DNA from: Moniliella sp. 'wahieum'
Taxonomy: Eukaryota
NCBI GenBank assembly: GCA_003971905.1
Contig: RSEE01000110.1
Coordinates: 124,001-188,000, forward strand
DNA length: 64,000 nucleotides
Direction of reading: 5' to 3'
Shown: piece after piece, positions 49,216 through 62,194 of the stretch
Numbering within the stretch: position 1 is the stretch's first letter
Layout: each line of letters starts with the position of its first letter
Translations under genes and position numbers: made by a program
The notes under the pieces: generated by a model
What the model saw: the letters and a program-made list of their open reading frames with translations, nothing else
Told to the model about the DNA's origin: nothing
The model's database searches: none

Positions 49216-50260
49216 TCAAATTTTCGATCCGAACTCGGCTTCAGACGAGTGCGAGTTCACCACCTGGAATCGGCCACCCGTGCTCGAGGGCTGACTGAGG
49301 CCGGTGGTGAAGGAGAGTTCAGAAGCAGTCGCCGGCGGAGCACTTGGCTGAGAATGGGGGGCTGGATGTAAGCTGCCGCCATCGACTGTGGTGCCATCCA
49401 AGGTGCTGGGGCCGGTACCGGCAAGGGGGAGAGGCCGAGGTGTCACTGGATGTGACTGCGGCTGTACCTGTGGCTGTGGCTGTACCTGCGGTTGTGGATG
49501 TGACTGTGGCTGCGAAGAAGCGTGAGTTGCCAGGGCCTGCAGCCGATGCGGTTCGCCAGGCATACTGGCATGTTGGACTCGGAAGGTGGAAGAGAGTTAG
49601 AGCTTGGGGCAGTGGATGCTGCCGGCGGTAGGGGAGGAGGCTCCTTGGAGGGGGAAAGTTGGACCGCCAATCATTGGTGCTGAGGGAAGCAGCGTGTGAA
49701 GCAGGGGTGATTGAGAACCAGTAGGCGCCGATGCCGGCAGAGGTGGACGTTCCTTGGAGGGAGGAAAGTTGGACCTCCAATCATTGGCACTGGGTTGTGT
49801 GGCCGGAGTAGCGTGCAGAGCAAGACCACCTTGTGATGGAGGGGATGGCTGTGCGTCTCTCGCCAAATCTGAGGCTGTGTAATAGTCGGGAGCGGGTGCG
49901 TGATGAGGTGGGGAAGGCGGAGGCATGGAGGGTCGAAGGCCGAAGGGGCTAGGTTGGCTTGCCGCCGAGGCGCGGATGGAGTCTGCTGCCGGGCTCCAGC
50001 CTCCGGCGCGCGTGGGCGGTATCATTCAGGTCGAGTAGCTCGGTGTCGAGGGGCTTAGGCTCTGGGTGAGACCCAAAGCAGATGATCCAAGCATATACCA
50101 CGGATGGGATGTACAGCAGCACGAGAAGGCCCATCGAGAGCGCCGTCTGTGCGCCACAGCGCCCAGTGTGGACATATACGGCGAGTGGGGGCAGCAGAAA
50201 GACGAGCACAACAAGGCCGATGGAGTCCGAGGGCGAGCGCGCGACCGCCTCGTCTGGCAT
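49216..50260 (-). CDS. Pmp3/Sna-family proteolipid with a long Pro-rich tail
   Basis: VFLLPPLAVYVHTGRCG...LLYIPSVVYAWII; the tail continues across frameshifts; 3' end uncertain. Confidence 0.7.
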
Positions 50261-50669
50261 GGTAGTGGCTTGAAAAGACACGGCGGTGACAGCAAGAGGA
50301 GACACAACTGGCGGGCAGGCGGCGAGGGTGGCGGGGTTCCTCTGGGATCCTCCTCCGCCCTACGTCTCCGCCGACACGCAGGGGTGAAAAAGAGGGTGGT
50401 GAGATCTGAGATGGATAGATCTTGGATAGTTCCAGCATAGGGAGTGGCCTGCCTCTCGCCTGGAGCCATCTCCCGACTTGTACTTACAGCTTCCAGTTAG
50501 CAAGCTAGATACTATTAGCAACGAGTACTAAACGTAGTAAGTACTAACCGAGTACGCGGTAACCCGGTAACCCCCCACTGTGCTTGGGCCGGCCAGGAGC
50601 GCGGAGCAGGGCACGACAGGATGACAGTGGCCCAGTGCAGCAGCGAAATTGGTTATCCGCGTGATCGGG

Positions 50670-50709
50670 TCACCGGTCACCGGCTTCACCGGTCATGCAT
50701 CATGCATGA
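50670..50709. repeat. Mixed TNA+palindrome heptamer array
   Basis: TCA-CCGG-TCA-CCGG-CT-TCA-CCGG-TCA-TGCA-TCA-TGCA-TGA. Confidence 0.9.
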
Positions 50710-51613
50710 TGATCGACCATCGACCGCCCCGCATGCGTGTGCGAACAACCGGCTAATCACTCACCACTCACGCGTCACTATTAGCCTCACTATTTGATAC
50801 CTGCGCGCGGAGGCGCAACAGGGATAGCCCTTCTCAGGGTTGAATATTTTGAATCGATGGGGTCGCCCCACTGGCATTGAATGCTTGAGATGACTGCCAC
50901 TTTGCCATCCACCTCACCACCCCTCCCTGACGCCTCATCCACTTTCTCCTGTGCCCATGTTGATGGCAGCTGATGACCGCGAGCACAGCATCACGAGAAT
51001 ATGATACCAAATCTTCCTCCAGTCGTGTTTGCCAAGAAACCCCTGGGCAGGGACAATCAGGCCACCTGTGGGGGTTGTTGTTGTGAGGTAGGAACACACA
51101 GGGGTTACACATGTCGCTCTCCCTACTACTTAACTCGCTCGCAACACCCAATCTCTCGCTCGCGCACATCTCCCTCGACCCTCGCCTCCCTCCCTCGGCC
51201 CGCCGCCGTAGACGAGGTCCAGGCCTTGCACGCTGCGCATGGCCTGTCAGACAGGACTCTGTATGAGTACTCATCATATCTCTGACTCGCTCCCGTTTGT
51301 TGGGGGCAACAGCACCTAGAAAGTGCTCTGCTGTTGGATGGCGCCACCGCACGAAAGGCGGCATGCTGCCTCTAAGGCGCCCAGGAGCTACAACCGCAAC
51401 GAGTATTACGCCCGCCCGCCGTAGCGATCTTCTCTCTATTACAGGCTCACACCCCCTTACACACTCCCGTCGGTTGCCCTTCATCCATCCTCCCTTTTCA
51501 GTTCTCCATATCCTCGATTTGCTTCCTCCAAGTCTCCACCACCTCTCCCCCCTCGCCACACTCTTTTCCCTCGCACCCTCTGACACACTCTTTTTCTTCC
51601 TTTTCATTCACAC

Positions 51614-53913
51614 ATGCTTCCCCCCAACCGACTGGGCTGGCAGCTGCTTGCGCTCGCCACCTCCTTGACCGCAGCTGTGGGGTACTCGGTAGCCATCACG
51701 GTGGATTTGAGCGTCGCTACAGCCATGCGGACGCACGCTCTGTTGCCCCTGGAATCACCACCAACGGCAAGAAATTTGACGGTCAAGCTTTTGACTATGG
51801 TTCGTTTGCCCAGTTCACATCCTGCTGAAGAGCACTCTCCTTGACTCCCCTTACTCCTTTCTTGTATAACCAAAACAGTTGTCGTTGGAGGTGGCACTGC
51901 CGGGCTAGTCGTCGCCTCTCGTTTCTGAAGACTCATCGACAACGGTTGCTGTCATTGAAGCAGGCGAAAGTGGCGAAGGTGATGTAACAATCACTACCCC
52001 AAGCGCTATGGTACGCGACGATCCCTCCCATTCCGTCCAGGTTGCAACCCCTCTTGGTAGCAGGAACTGACCAGAAAAAACAGCTGTACAATTCATCTGA
52101 GCATACATCGAAAGATTGGGCTGATACACCGTCAACCAAACCGGTTTGGCCGGGCGCTCTATCTACTACCCTCGTGGCAAGGTTCTTGGTACGCTGTTCT
52201 CTTTTCTCGTCACAAGGTTCCCATTTGGCTAACACTTTTTTCAGGTGGATCAAGTGCTATCAACGGAATGTACCTGGTGCGCCAACCCGCGGCAGAGCAA
52301 GAGAGTTGGGCCAACTTGGTTTCAGATATTTCTCCCGAGGCGTCCAAGACGTGGGGCTGGGACAACATGTTGAACGCCATGAAGAAGTCAGAGAACTTCA
52401 CCGCGCCCAAGAAAAGCGTGCAGCGGACCTTGGCCAAAGGTGCACAATCACAAAAGTCCTCGTTGGTGGCGTACGAAGAAGACTCGCATGGGACCAAGGG
52501 CAACATCCATGCCAGCTGGCCCGGCATTACCTTCCCGTCCGTGGGAGCATTTTTGCAAGGCGCATCTGACACGCTCAATATCCCCATCAATCAGGACCCA
52601 GACAGTGGAAACAATACTGGGCCCTTCCTTAGTACTTCCGCCGTGAACCCCTCGAACTGGACCCGCTCGTTCTCTCGTACCGGCTACTGGACCCTGTTCT
52701 CACCCGCTCCAATCTGCATGTCCTGGTTGGGCACCAGGCTACCAAGATCTTGTTTGACCATTCCTCCAACCCTCCCCGGGCCAGCGCAGTTCAATTCGCC
52801 CATTCTAACCACTCGAAGGTGCGCACGGTCAAGGCAAACAAGGAGATCATCCTTTCGGCGGGTGTTATTGGAACGCCGCAGCTGTTGCAACTGTCAGCGT
52901 GGCAGACAGTCGGTCTTGGATCCAGTAGGAATTGAACAGGTTGCAAACGTACCTGGCGTTGGCTTCCACATGCAGGATCACCTTAGCGGAGCAGTGAATT
53001 ATGCTCCTGCCGAAGGGGCGAAGATGCCGGCGTCCAAGGTGACCGGCAATGCCAAACAAGATGGGTTCGTCAATAGCGCGGTGGCCTACGTCCCCATCTC
53101 CAAGGTGACCGATGCCAAGGCTGTTATCGACAACATCACTTCCCCACCGACAAGTTGTCAAGGCGTATTCGGCACCTTCTACCGTGCAAGAAGGCTACCG
53201 TGCCGCATTGGGCGAGCTGGCCGACACTCTGTACCCGGCTGATGTGCCTGCGATTGAGATTTTGTGGTTCATGGCTGGCGGTGCCATCTCCGTCTCAATG
53301 CGGCTTGCAGCATCCCACTTCCCAAGGTTCAGTCAAGATCACCTCGGACAACGCCTTTGATCCGCCCGCGATCGACCCGGCTTATGTGAAGAATGAGGTG
53401 GATATGAATGTGCTGCGCTCGGGTTGCCAATTGGCACGCAAAATCGGCAACTCCGCGCTGTCCAAGTACATTGGCAACGAGACCCAGCCGGGTACCAAGG
53501 TGCAAAGTGACCCCGACTGGAACCAATACATCCAATCGCAGTTTGCCACCGAGTACCATCCTTCGTCTTCTTGCGCTATGCTGCCCCTCGAACATGGCGG
53601 GTGGTAGATGATGAGTTACGGGTGTACAACACCAAGGGCCCGTGTGGCCGACGCCTCTGTGCCTCCCATCACCTTCTCTCAGCACTTGCTTACCGTCACC
53701 TACGGCATTGGCGAAATCGCGGCTGAGCTCATCCAACAGGGATCGAGCTCGGGCTTGATGACCTTGATATCTAACCCGGGCCTTGGTTTCAACCTCCTGC
53801 TTTTCACTCTTACAGCTCGGAGCGAGCAGCCCCAGAGCTCTTTTCTTGTGCCCACCCGTGTCAGTTCCAAACTGTTCTTCTGCTTTTGCGACGACCTTTA
53901 CGCCTTTCTTTGA
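51614..53913 (+). CDS. Secreted GMC oxidoreductase (AA3_2-like)
   Basis: Signal peptide; VVGGGTAGLVVA, RGKVLGGSSAINGM, EIILSAGVIGTPQLL, TEYHPSSSC, RVADAS, FSQH (His/His pair); introns; 3' end approximate. Confidence 0.9.
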
Positions 53914-54155
53914 TTTACGAGATTCAACGAAGTTGCTTTTGTCTGGTAACGACGTCTTCCATCTTCAAACATACATTCATGTGGGTTCATGTAGGGTGGC
54001 CTTGGAAATGAGCCTGCGTGCCGCCGCAGTGGTGCGACAGTGACAGACGAGTAAGGCAGGGGAAGAGATTGTGGATGCAATGTGGGGAAGGCAGCCTGGA
54101 GGCCGCAATGGAAGGGAGAGAGGAACAGGGGCGAAATGGGACAATTCGCTCAAAT

Positions 54156-54251
54156 GGTCGATTAGCTCAGTTGGTCAGAGCGTGGTACTAATATGTCCAC
54201 TTACGGAGTGTTGGTGATGCCAAGTCATGAGTTCAAGCCTCATATTGACCA
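54156..54251 (+). tRNA. tRNA-Ile(AAT) with 23-nt intron (54194-54216)
   Basis: Acceptor stem GGTCGAT/ATTGACC, anticodon stem TGGTA/TGCCA, T-loop TTCAAGC, poly-T terminator. Confidence 0.93.
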
Positions 54252-54975
54252 GTTTTTTTTGGCTGACACAAACCCCTCAGCCGTGTCAGGATCTTTTGCG
54301 CAGAGGGAGGTGGCCAACCGCTTTTGGCACTTGCGTCCGCCCTGGCGCTTGGAGGGAGATGTTTGGTGTTGAGGTGTTATTGCATCAGTGCGTGCCGCAG
54401 AATCGGGGCCTTTGTTGTGCTCCTGTACGTCTCTTCTGTAGTAGTCTATCTTTCTTTTGTCCGCGACTCTCCTTCTCCATCACTCACCGATTCACTCCTA
54501 TATCGATGTGGCCCATTCAGCTCATCGCTCGTCGAGCTCTCATCGCCTATTGAAACAAAATACGATGCTTGTACGTTGGAGAGACGCGTGATTGTTCACC
54601 AAGTAGTACTGCCTATATCCCCCTTTCTATAATGAAGAGTTCATGAGGGTACAACTCATCAAATCCAGAGTTACACCTCTGTTCGTTGTTCGGGACTGGG
54701 AGACGCGTCAAGCTTCGCTGTGGATGCCCGGAGTAGTAAGCGGTGGGATCCTTGGGGGAGTAAGACGCTGTTGAGAGGGTGCTGCTGACGCAGCACAGCC
54801 ATCCAAGCGTGCTTGCAAATTTGGAGCTAGGAATCCATGCAAAAATGTCCGTGCGACAGAAAATCTGCAGCAGCCAAACCAGATCATCTGTCCTACGCGG
54901 CATGCAGCACCTATTTAACTCGCAGTCCCCATCTCACCACCAACAATCCCAAGCCTATCTTGTGCGTCACGCGGC

Positions 54976-56020
54976 ATGGTTACCTACCACCAGTACGTGC
55001 TACTCATAATTTCTTGCCTGTGGACGTTCAGACTGATCTTCCTCCTGTGCCGAAAGGCCTGTTTCTGCCTTCACACTCTCCAACAACAACACCATCCCCT
55101 CTGTTGGCCTCGGCACATGGCTCAGTGCGCCCGGCCAAGTGGAGACAGCTGTTGCCCATGCCTTGACTCATGGTCAGAAGCTGATTGACGCTGCCTGGTG
55201 CTACGGCAACGAGAAGGAAGTGGGCCAAGGCATCAAGAAATCAGGCGTGCCGCGCGACCAAGTCTTTGTCACCAGCAAGTGCTACGAGATTCACCAGACG
55301 GATCCCGAGGCGGCGGTGCGCCAGACACTGAGTGACCTGGACCTGGAGTACCTTGACCTCTATCTTGTCCACTGGCCTGTAGCCTTTGAGCCCGTTCCTA
55401 CTTCCGATGGTTCCCTCCCCACAAAGGAGAAGAAGACGAGCGAGGGCAAATTCATCGTCAACAAGCAGCTCTCTGACGACCCGCTTCTCACCTGGCGCAA
55501 AATGGAGGCACTGGTAAAGAAGGGCCTAGTCAAGAACATTGGCATCTCCAACTTCAATGCGCGCAAGACGCGCTATCTTCTTGACCACGCTGAGATCGCC
55601 CCGGTGGTGAACCAGATCGAGGTCAACTTTGGGAACCCCAGCCGGATTTGGTCGACTGGTTACAGCGCCATGACAGTCGTCGAGGCCTACTCACCGCTGG
55701 GGTCAATTGGCGCCAAGTACAACTCGTCTCCAGCGATTGAGGAGGTGGCGCAGGCCCGCGGCGTACCGCCGGCCACGGTCACCCTTTCGTGGCTCCTCAG
55801 CCGTGGCCTCGTCGTCTTGCCCAAGAGCGTCACTCCCAGCCGCATCGAGTCGAACATGGCTTACATCACCCTTACCCAGAAAGAGTTTGACGCGATCGAG
55901 ACTGCTGCCAACTCTCATCCGGCCGTGCGCCTGTGCGACCGGTCAGCCGACTGCAACTACGACATTTTTGAGGACAACCACCCGCAGTACAACGACCGTG
56001 TCCAGGCCAAGCTTGACTGA
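54976..56020 (+). CDS. Aldo-keto reductase
   Basis: IPSVGLGTW, IDAAWCYGNE, FVTSK, YLDLYLVHWP, IGISNF, LPKSVTPSRI; short first exon. Confidence 0.93.
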
Positions 56021-56184
56021 CTCCGGCGTGCCTTCCTTTCATACTACCCTTCTCTCCCTATTCAATCGGTCCCAACTACGTAGACTCGTAGGTAGCCTCA
56101 ACGCAGAACTTGGAACGTTGGTCAGAGCCGAACATCGTGCGATGATCACGCCACCGCCATCATGCATTCCCTAAACATCGTCAA

Positions 56185-56562
<378 letters not shown>

Positions 56563-56785
56563 GGCGGGGGACAGAGAAGGAGGAGGTGGTGGGTGACGAG
56601 GGTGGGATGCCGCCCGAGCGTCTTTTTGTACGGCGGGCACGTCGGCAAAAGGGGTCCGGATCCCCGACAGTGCCCCGAAAGTGCCCGGGCCGCGGCGATG
56701 ACGTGATGCCCGCTGGGCCGGTTGGTCGCACGGAGCAGCTCGTTGGTTCCAATTGTGTAACACGAAACCGGAGATAGAGCAAGTC

Positions 56786-56873
56786 TCCTCGATGGTCCAA
56801 CGGCTATGATGTGACGCTCTCACCGCCTCTGCGGAGAACCGTCAAGACCCGGGTTCGACTCCCGGTCGGGGAA
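56786..56873 (+). tRNA. tRNA-Glu(CTC) with 16-nt intron (56823-56838)
   Basis: Acceptor stem TCCTCGA/TCGGGGA, anticodon stem TGACG/CGTCA, T-arm CCGGG-TTCGACT-CCCGG, poly-T terminator. Confidence 0.93.
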
Positions 56874-57219
56874 CTTTTTTTGATCATTTATCATCCTCAG
56901 TTTTTGTGTGCGCACCGTCTGCAGCGAACGGCTAGCACAGTCGAGTTCGGGCTATGTGGATGGGCCAGGGTTGCACTTCTCATCGCGCATCGGTGTTGGT
57001 GAGCCCAGGCATACTAAGGATGTCGCACCAGTCTAGAAGAGGGGGTGAGGGGATGGGGGAGCGATGAATTGCATAAAGGGAGAGGGACAGGCGAAAAGTG
57101 AAGTGGGCAAAGGAACTCCCGCATTTCCATTCGCGCCGCAAGTCACGAACCAATCCGATGGGCAGCGAATGACCAGCGAGTGACACGCAGCCAGCAGCCG
57201 GTCCGTCCTGATCCGAGCC

Positions 57220-59646
57220 CTACTCGGTCTTGGCGTAGTTGAGGATGGATTCCGCCGGCACATCCGGCTCGGCCCAGAAGGAGGCCTCCTTCGCATTGTA
57301 CTCCTTCAGAGCCTCAGCGTACTCCGCAGCCAGGTTCCCGCCCGAGAGCGGACGCGCAGTCTTTTCTGCGACTCGGCCGAGGAAGCAACCGCATTCTTCA
57401 GCGCCGTGCCCGGCTGCGTGCGGGAGGTGAGCGAGAACTGCAGCAGCGCCGTGCGCGCACGATAGGCACGCCGCGCAAGACTACCTGCGGCGCACTCCCT
57501 TGCCACACCGCCAGCTTCAGCAAGCGGGCCACCAAGGTACGCAGGAGCATTAGCGCCTGCCCGCCAGCCAGGGCAGCCAGCAGGGTCAGCACCATTGCTC
57601 GCCCGTCCAGGCCACGGTCAATGTCGTCCGCCACATGCGTAACGCCCATCAGCTTCACGTCTCCCTGCTGCGACAGAGGCTTGGACTGGTGCACACCACC
57701 CCAGGCGGCGTGCGAGCGAAGCACGGTCGCGTTCGCTCCGCCGCTCGTGCCAGGTGCAGCTTGGAAAAGCCAGACGAGCGCCACGTTGGAGACCGCGCTA
57801 AAGTACGAAATGACGCGCAGCACATTGAGCCACGGTCCAATCGTCTCCACCCGCCCGGAATGGGCCGACGCGCATTGAGGCTGATCTTGGCCGTCCGACC
57901 GAATCTCAAAGAAGTTGTTGACAAAGCCCATCACCGGCGTCAAGGTCCAGATGGTCGACCACAGAACAATGTAGCCAAATTGGCTTGCCATCTCGGCGTA
58001 ATCGCCAAAAATGTCGTAGCCGGGTAGGGCAAGTTGGTCCAAGGCAAAGGTCACCATCGTGTCCGGCTTTTCCTCGGGCGTCGACGCCGTCTTGCCTTCC
58101 TTTTCCTCCAACTTCTTCTCAGCCTTTTTGCCCACATAACGCAGAATCATGGGAAGCACGAGCTCGGTAAACGCGTTGATAATCTGTGACGTCACACTCG
58201 ATGCAAACAGCTGGGTGTGCATCCGTCCAGGGTCGATTTGAAAGGCAACCCGGCCAAATGTCATAGTGCAATTTACCCTCGGCCACGGCCGCGTCAATGT
58301 GGGAGCTGAAGAACCGCGGGATGAGCGCATTGAGTAGCTGTTGCCCAAAGGGAATGTACACATAGGCCGACAAGAGCAAAGCGCCATAGGAAACGATGCT
58401 TTGCAAGGCGAACACCTTTGATTGTCAACGACGAGTGGTACGCCTGTTCTGTCGCGGGATTCTCAGCCTTGGACAAATAAGTCGCGGTTGCCTGCCAGAT
58501 GGCCATGACAACCGGAACAAGCGTGGTGAAGACGACCGTGGGCGCTTGAGACAACACGGCCGCGCCCGCCCGTGTAGAGCTTGGTAACAAAAATCTCCAG
58601 GACAAAGTTGCCGGTTAAGATGCCGGCGAGCACGAGAGCGAATAGGGCCATGGTCACAATCGAACCAATCGACCGAAGCTCGCGGCGCCACCACTCATAC
58701 ACGTGCACAACTTGTCCCGTAACCTCGTCTTTGAACGTAATGCGCGGCTTGAAGCCCTCCAGGGCGGGTCCGCTTTGGTCACGCCGGCACAGCCCCAACG
58801 CACCGCATACGCTTTCTCCCGCAGCGCCCACAGCTCCACGATGCAGGACCAAATCACAAGCGCGAGCGAGTAGAGGTACGAGTAAGCTCCACCTGCAACC
58901 CAATAGGACAAGCCGAGAAGGGCCAGAGGGGCCTGGGACTTGAAGTAAAAGACCAAGAAACCAAAGTACAAGGCGACCTGAGGCAATGAATGCTGTCTGT
59001 TAGCAATTCCTTCGTGAGAGGAGAGGGGTACACGCACTTCTTCACCATACTGGTTGCGCACAGCGTCCAAGTCTTTCACTCCCAATGAGAGGGTTTGCTA
59101 GGAGGGGCCCAACGCGGACCCATGCCCCGTCAAAGGCGCGGTCATGAAGGGCAGTCAGATCAGTGACGTGCGGGAAGGGACCAGTGCCGTCGGTGCGGAT
59201 GCCGGCGCCGGCGATCTTGCCAGGCTCGTCCTCGCCGTCCGAGGGAGGGTTCGTGGCGAGGAGGTAGGCGTAGCGCAATGCATCGGCGGGGGTGAAGGCG
59301 GGCGCAATGGCAAACGGGTTGGCGGCCTGCAGCTGTTCCGCCGCGTTGTCCGAGTTGGACTGCGCGTCGTGGAGGTAGTCGTTGATGCGGTCGGCAGCGG
59401 CGACAGAGGCAAGCGCAGCAGGGGAGGCCTTGAGGAAGAGCAGGATCGTCGCGGGCTGCGAGGGGCCGGCGGGGCGGGAGGCAACGTGGAACCCGACGGC
59501 GCGGAGCGCGGCGAGGAGGGCGTCGTACTCGGCGGCGCGGTCCTGGAGGAGGCGGGGGGGGCGGACTTGGCGAGGGCCTGGGACTTGAGGAGGGGGGTGA
59601 AGACGAGGACCAGTCGGCGGGGTGCCGGGCGCCGGGTGTCGGACAT
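57220..59646 (-). CDS. IST2: Anoctamin/TMEM16 family protein
   Basis: LHDRAF, VRNQYGEEVALYFGFL, YDIFGDYAEMASQFGY, VNNFFEIRSD, RVETIGPW. Confidence 0.9.
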
Positions 59647-60041
59647 GGCGGGGGGGGGGTGGTGGGGGGGAGGGCAGGCGGTGGTGTGCTGGGGTGCTGT
59701 GTGTGTGCTGGGTGCTGTGTGTGTCTGTGCGCAGTGCGTGCCTGGGCCGCTGTGGGTGGCTCTGCTGTGCCCCGTGCACGCGTGGCGGGGGACGCGGCAC
59801 GGCGCGTGTGTGTGCACCGCAATTGTCTCAGTGCGTCCCGAACGCTCCTCACGTAATGCAGGCCGCACCCGCAGGTGTGGGGGGCGTCTGCCGCAGCGCC
59901 CGGCTCGCTCCCTCGCTCGGTTGCGATTGCTGATTGCTGGCTGGCTGGCAAGAGACGGCGCACTGAGCGTAGAGCGTACTGGCACCGATCGATCCTGCTG
60001 GTGCCCGGACGATGCCCGTTGAGCCGCCGCCACACGGACGC

Positions 60042-62046
60042 TCACCGCACCCAGCGGAAGAAGCGGCAGCTGGTCGGTGTCTGCGCCAGGGCTTGTTGCG
60101 CCTGCGCAGGCGCCGGCATCGGCGATGGCGATGGCGATGGCGATGGTGATGGCGCCCCCCCGCCTCCGCCTCTGCCCCTGGCCCCAGCGCCAGCGGCCGT
60201 GCCAGCTCCAGAACGCCCGGCCCTTGTTCCGTCCCGCCTTGGCCACCCGCCCCTGCGCCGCGCCGGCTCGCCGTGGTAGCACAGCGGCGCAGGCCGCGGC
60301 CGGCTCGACAGCAGCTGCGCCCACGCTGCCTGCGCCTGCGCCTGCGCCTGCCCCTCAGCACCCGCCTCCGTCTCACTCGCCCGCACCGGCGCACCAGCAG
60401 GAGGCGGCCCAGACTCCCGACCAGCTGGCCTATGCGGTTCACCTGACCACCATGCTGCGCGTGCAAGAGGAAGCGGTTCATGGACAGCTGACGGCTCCGT
60501 GGTGCACGTACTTTGGTGCTCTTGGGCGTCACCCGGCGACGCTTGAGCTGGCTGGCATGTGAGGCGGGGGCAGCATCGGAGGGAGCCACCGCATGCCCGC
60601 GCCGAGGCCTGACCCCGTGAAAAACATCGTGTCGAGGGTGCCTTGGTTGCGAAGGCAGGCCAGTGCGCAGGCAGCACGCAGGTCTGGCACGAGCCACGGA
60701 TCCTTCTCTTCCTCGCCCCTCTCAGGCTGGGAGACCAAGGCCGGCGATGGAGCCAGGTCAAACGCAAAGCAGGCAGCTATGGGTGCATGGTCCGATCCCT
60801 TGACATCCACCACCTCGGCCACAGCCCCCGACGGACCTGGAATGCCATATTGAGCCAAGGCAGGGTGGGCCAGAATGTAGTCGATGCGGCAGCCGTAGTT
60901 GGTCTTGCGAAGATCAAACTTGATGGACCAGCAGGTAAATTTGGCTGTTCCACTACGGCTCCCTCGGCCAAGTCAACAACCCCCGTGCTGGTCCTGTGTG
61001 AGCGAGTGGAACCACACCCGACTCAGCAGCGCGCCAAGCCAAGTAGAAACGTGGCAAGAGCGAAGCTTCCGGCGTGGAAGCAGCAACTGGCGCCCGACCG
61101 GGCCGTTGGGAAGGAACGTGAGGCGAAGCACCTCGGCCGCCTCCAGCGCAGCAATTGCAATCGCACACCAGCACATTCGTGGTCATTGCTTGAGGTGCAA
61201 TACATGCCGGCAAGGGGTCTCATCCACCGGGGTAGGATCTGTGCGTGAGGGGGAACGTAGGGCGTGAAGAGCGGCTTGCTCCACTTCTTCTGGCCACTCG
61301 TCGTCCCAAGCTTGATCGTTGGAGGAGGCAATCACATTGAGATCGCCGCGACGAGAGGAGGCGCTGGGCTGGCAGCGGCCGCGACGAGGGCGCGGTGGAG
61401 GCCGTGTAGAAGGCGAGCTTGAAGGGGACGCGGTCCGGGCGCGTCTCATTGGGGCATAAATTGAAGAGGGTGAACAGAGTGGGAGAGCCGGGGGCGCGGA
61501 GGATGGCGTATCAATGGCGTGGACAGTGACGACAGCGCGACCCTCGGCATTGACGTCGGCCGTGGTGGTTACGGGAGAGGGTGGGAGCTGGAGCAGCGCA
61601 GCCGACAGGGGCAGACGGGCTGCGGAGACCATCGGGGCAATGCCAGCACAGCCGCACCACACCGTGGCGCCGGCGGGGGGTGGCGGTAGGCGGCGGGCGG
61701 ACGGGGAGCGGGCGGGGGCGTGGGGCGGGTGCGGGGTGAGGCCCTCTGCGGCGCGGAGGGGCGGGAGGCGGGGTAGGTGGCGACGCCGCGTATCCGCGGG
61801 TGGGGTGGCAGACAAGACAGGCGGTCCAGGCGCGGCGGCGGCGGGGAGGCAGGCGATGCGCTGGGCGAGGCGGTGGGGGTCGGGCGGTGGGTGAGCTGGG
61901 CGGCGGTGAGCTGTCTCCTGGAGCGCCAGCAGCGCGGCGGGCGGCGTGGCGGGTGTGGGTGCGGCGGCGGCATCGACAGCGTCGGGCGCGTCCTGGAGGG
62001 CAGCAAAGGAGCGGAGGCCGTTGACGTTCCAGCTGACCAGCCGCAT
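60042..62046 (-). CDS. APN2: AP endonuclease 2 (ExoIII family, PIP box, GRF zinc finger)
   Basis: MRLVSWNVNG, LQET, EGRAV, GDLNV, FTCW...TNYGCRIDYIL, GSDHAP, QLSMNRFL, PLCYHGEP...NKGRAFW...CRFFRW. Confidence 0.9.
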
Positions 62047-62194
62047 TGGGCGACCGCCGGGTGGTTGGCGGACGGCAACCCCCGAGCCTGCGTGGGGTAA
62101 TTGGCATGCCACGCTTCCAGCGTGGAGGCAGCACGTGCTCTTAGCTCATCGCTCCTCGCGCCCCCCCCCCTTGACCGGCGGTTGAAACTTGAAC

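Noticed and set aside
59684..59730. (GT)-rich ~18-bp repeat upstream of IST2 as a telomere-like sequence
   Set aside because: Only 2-3 degenerate copies and no TTAGGG; simple low-complexity leader sequence.
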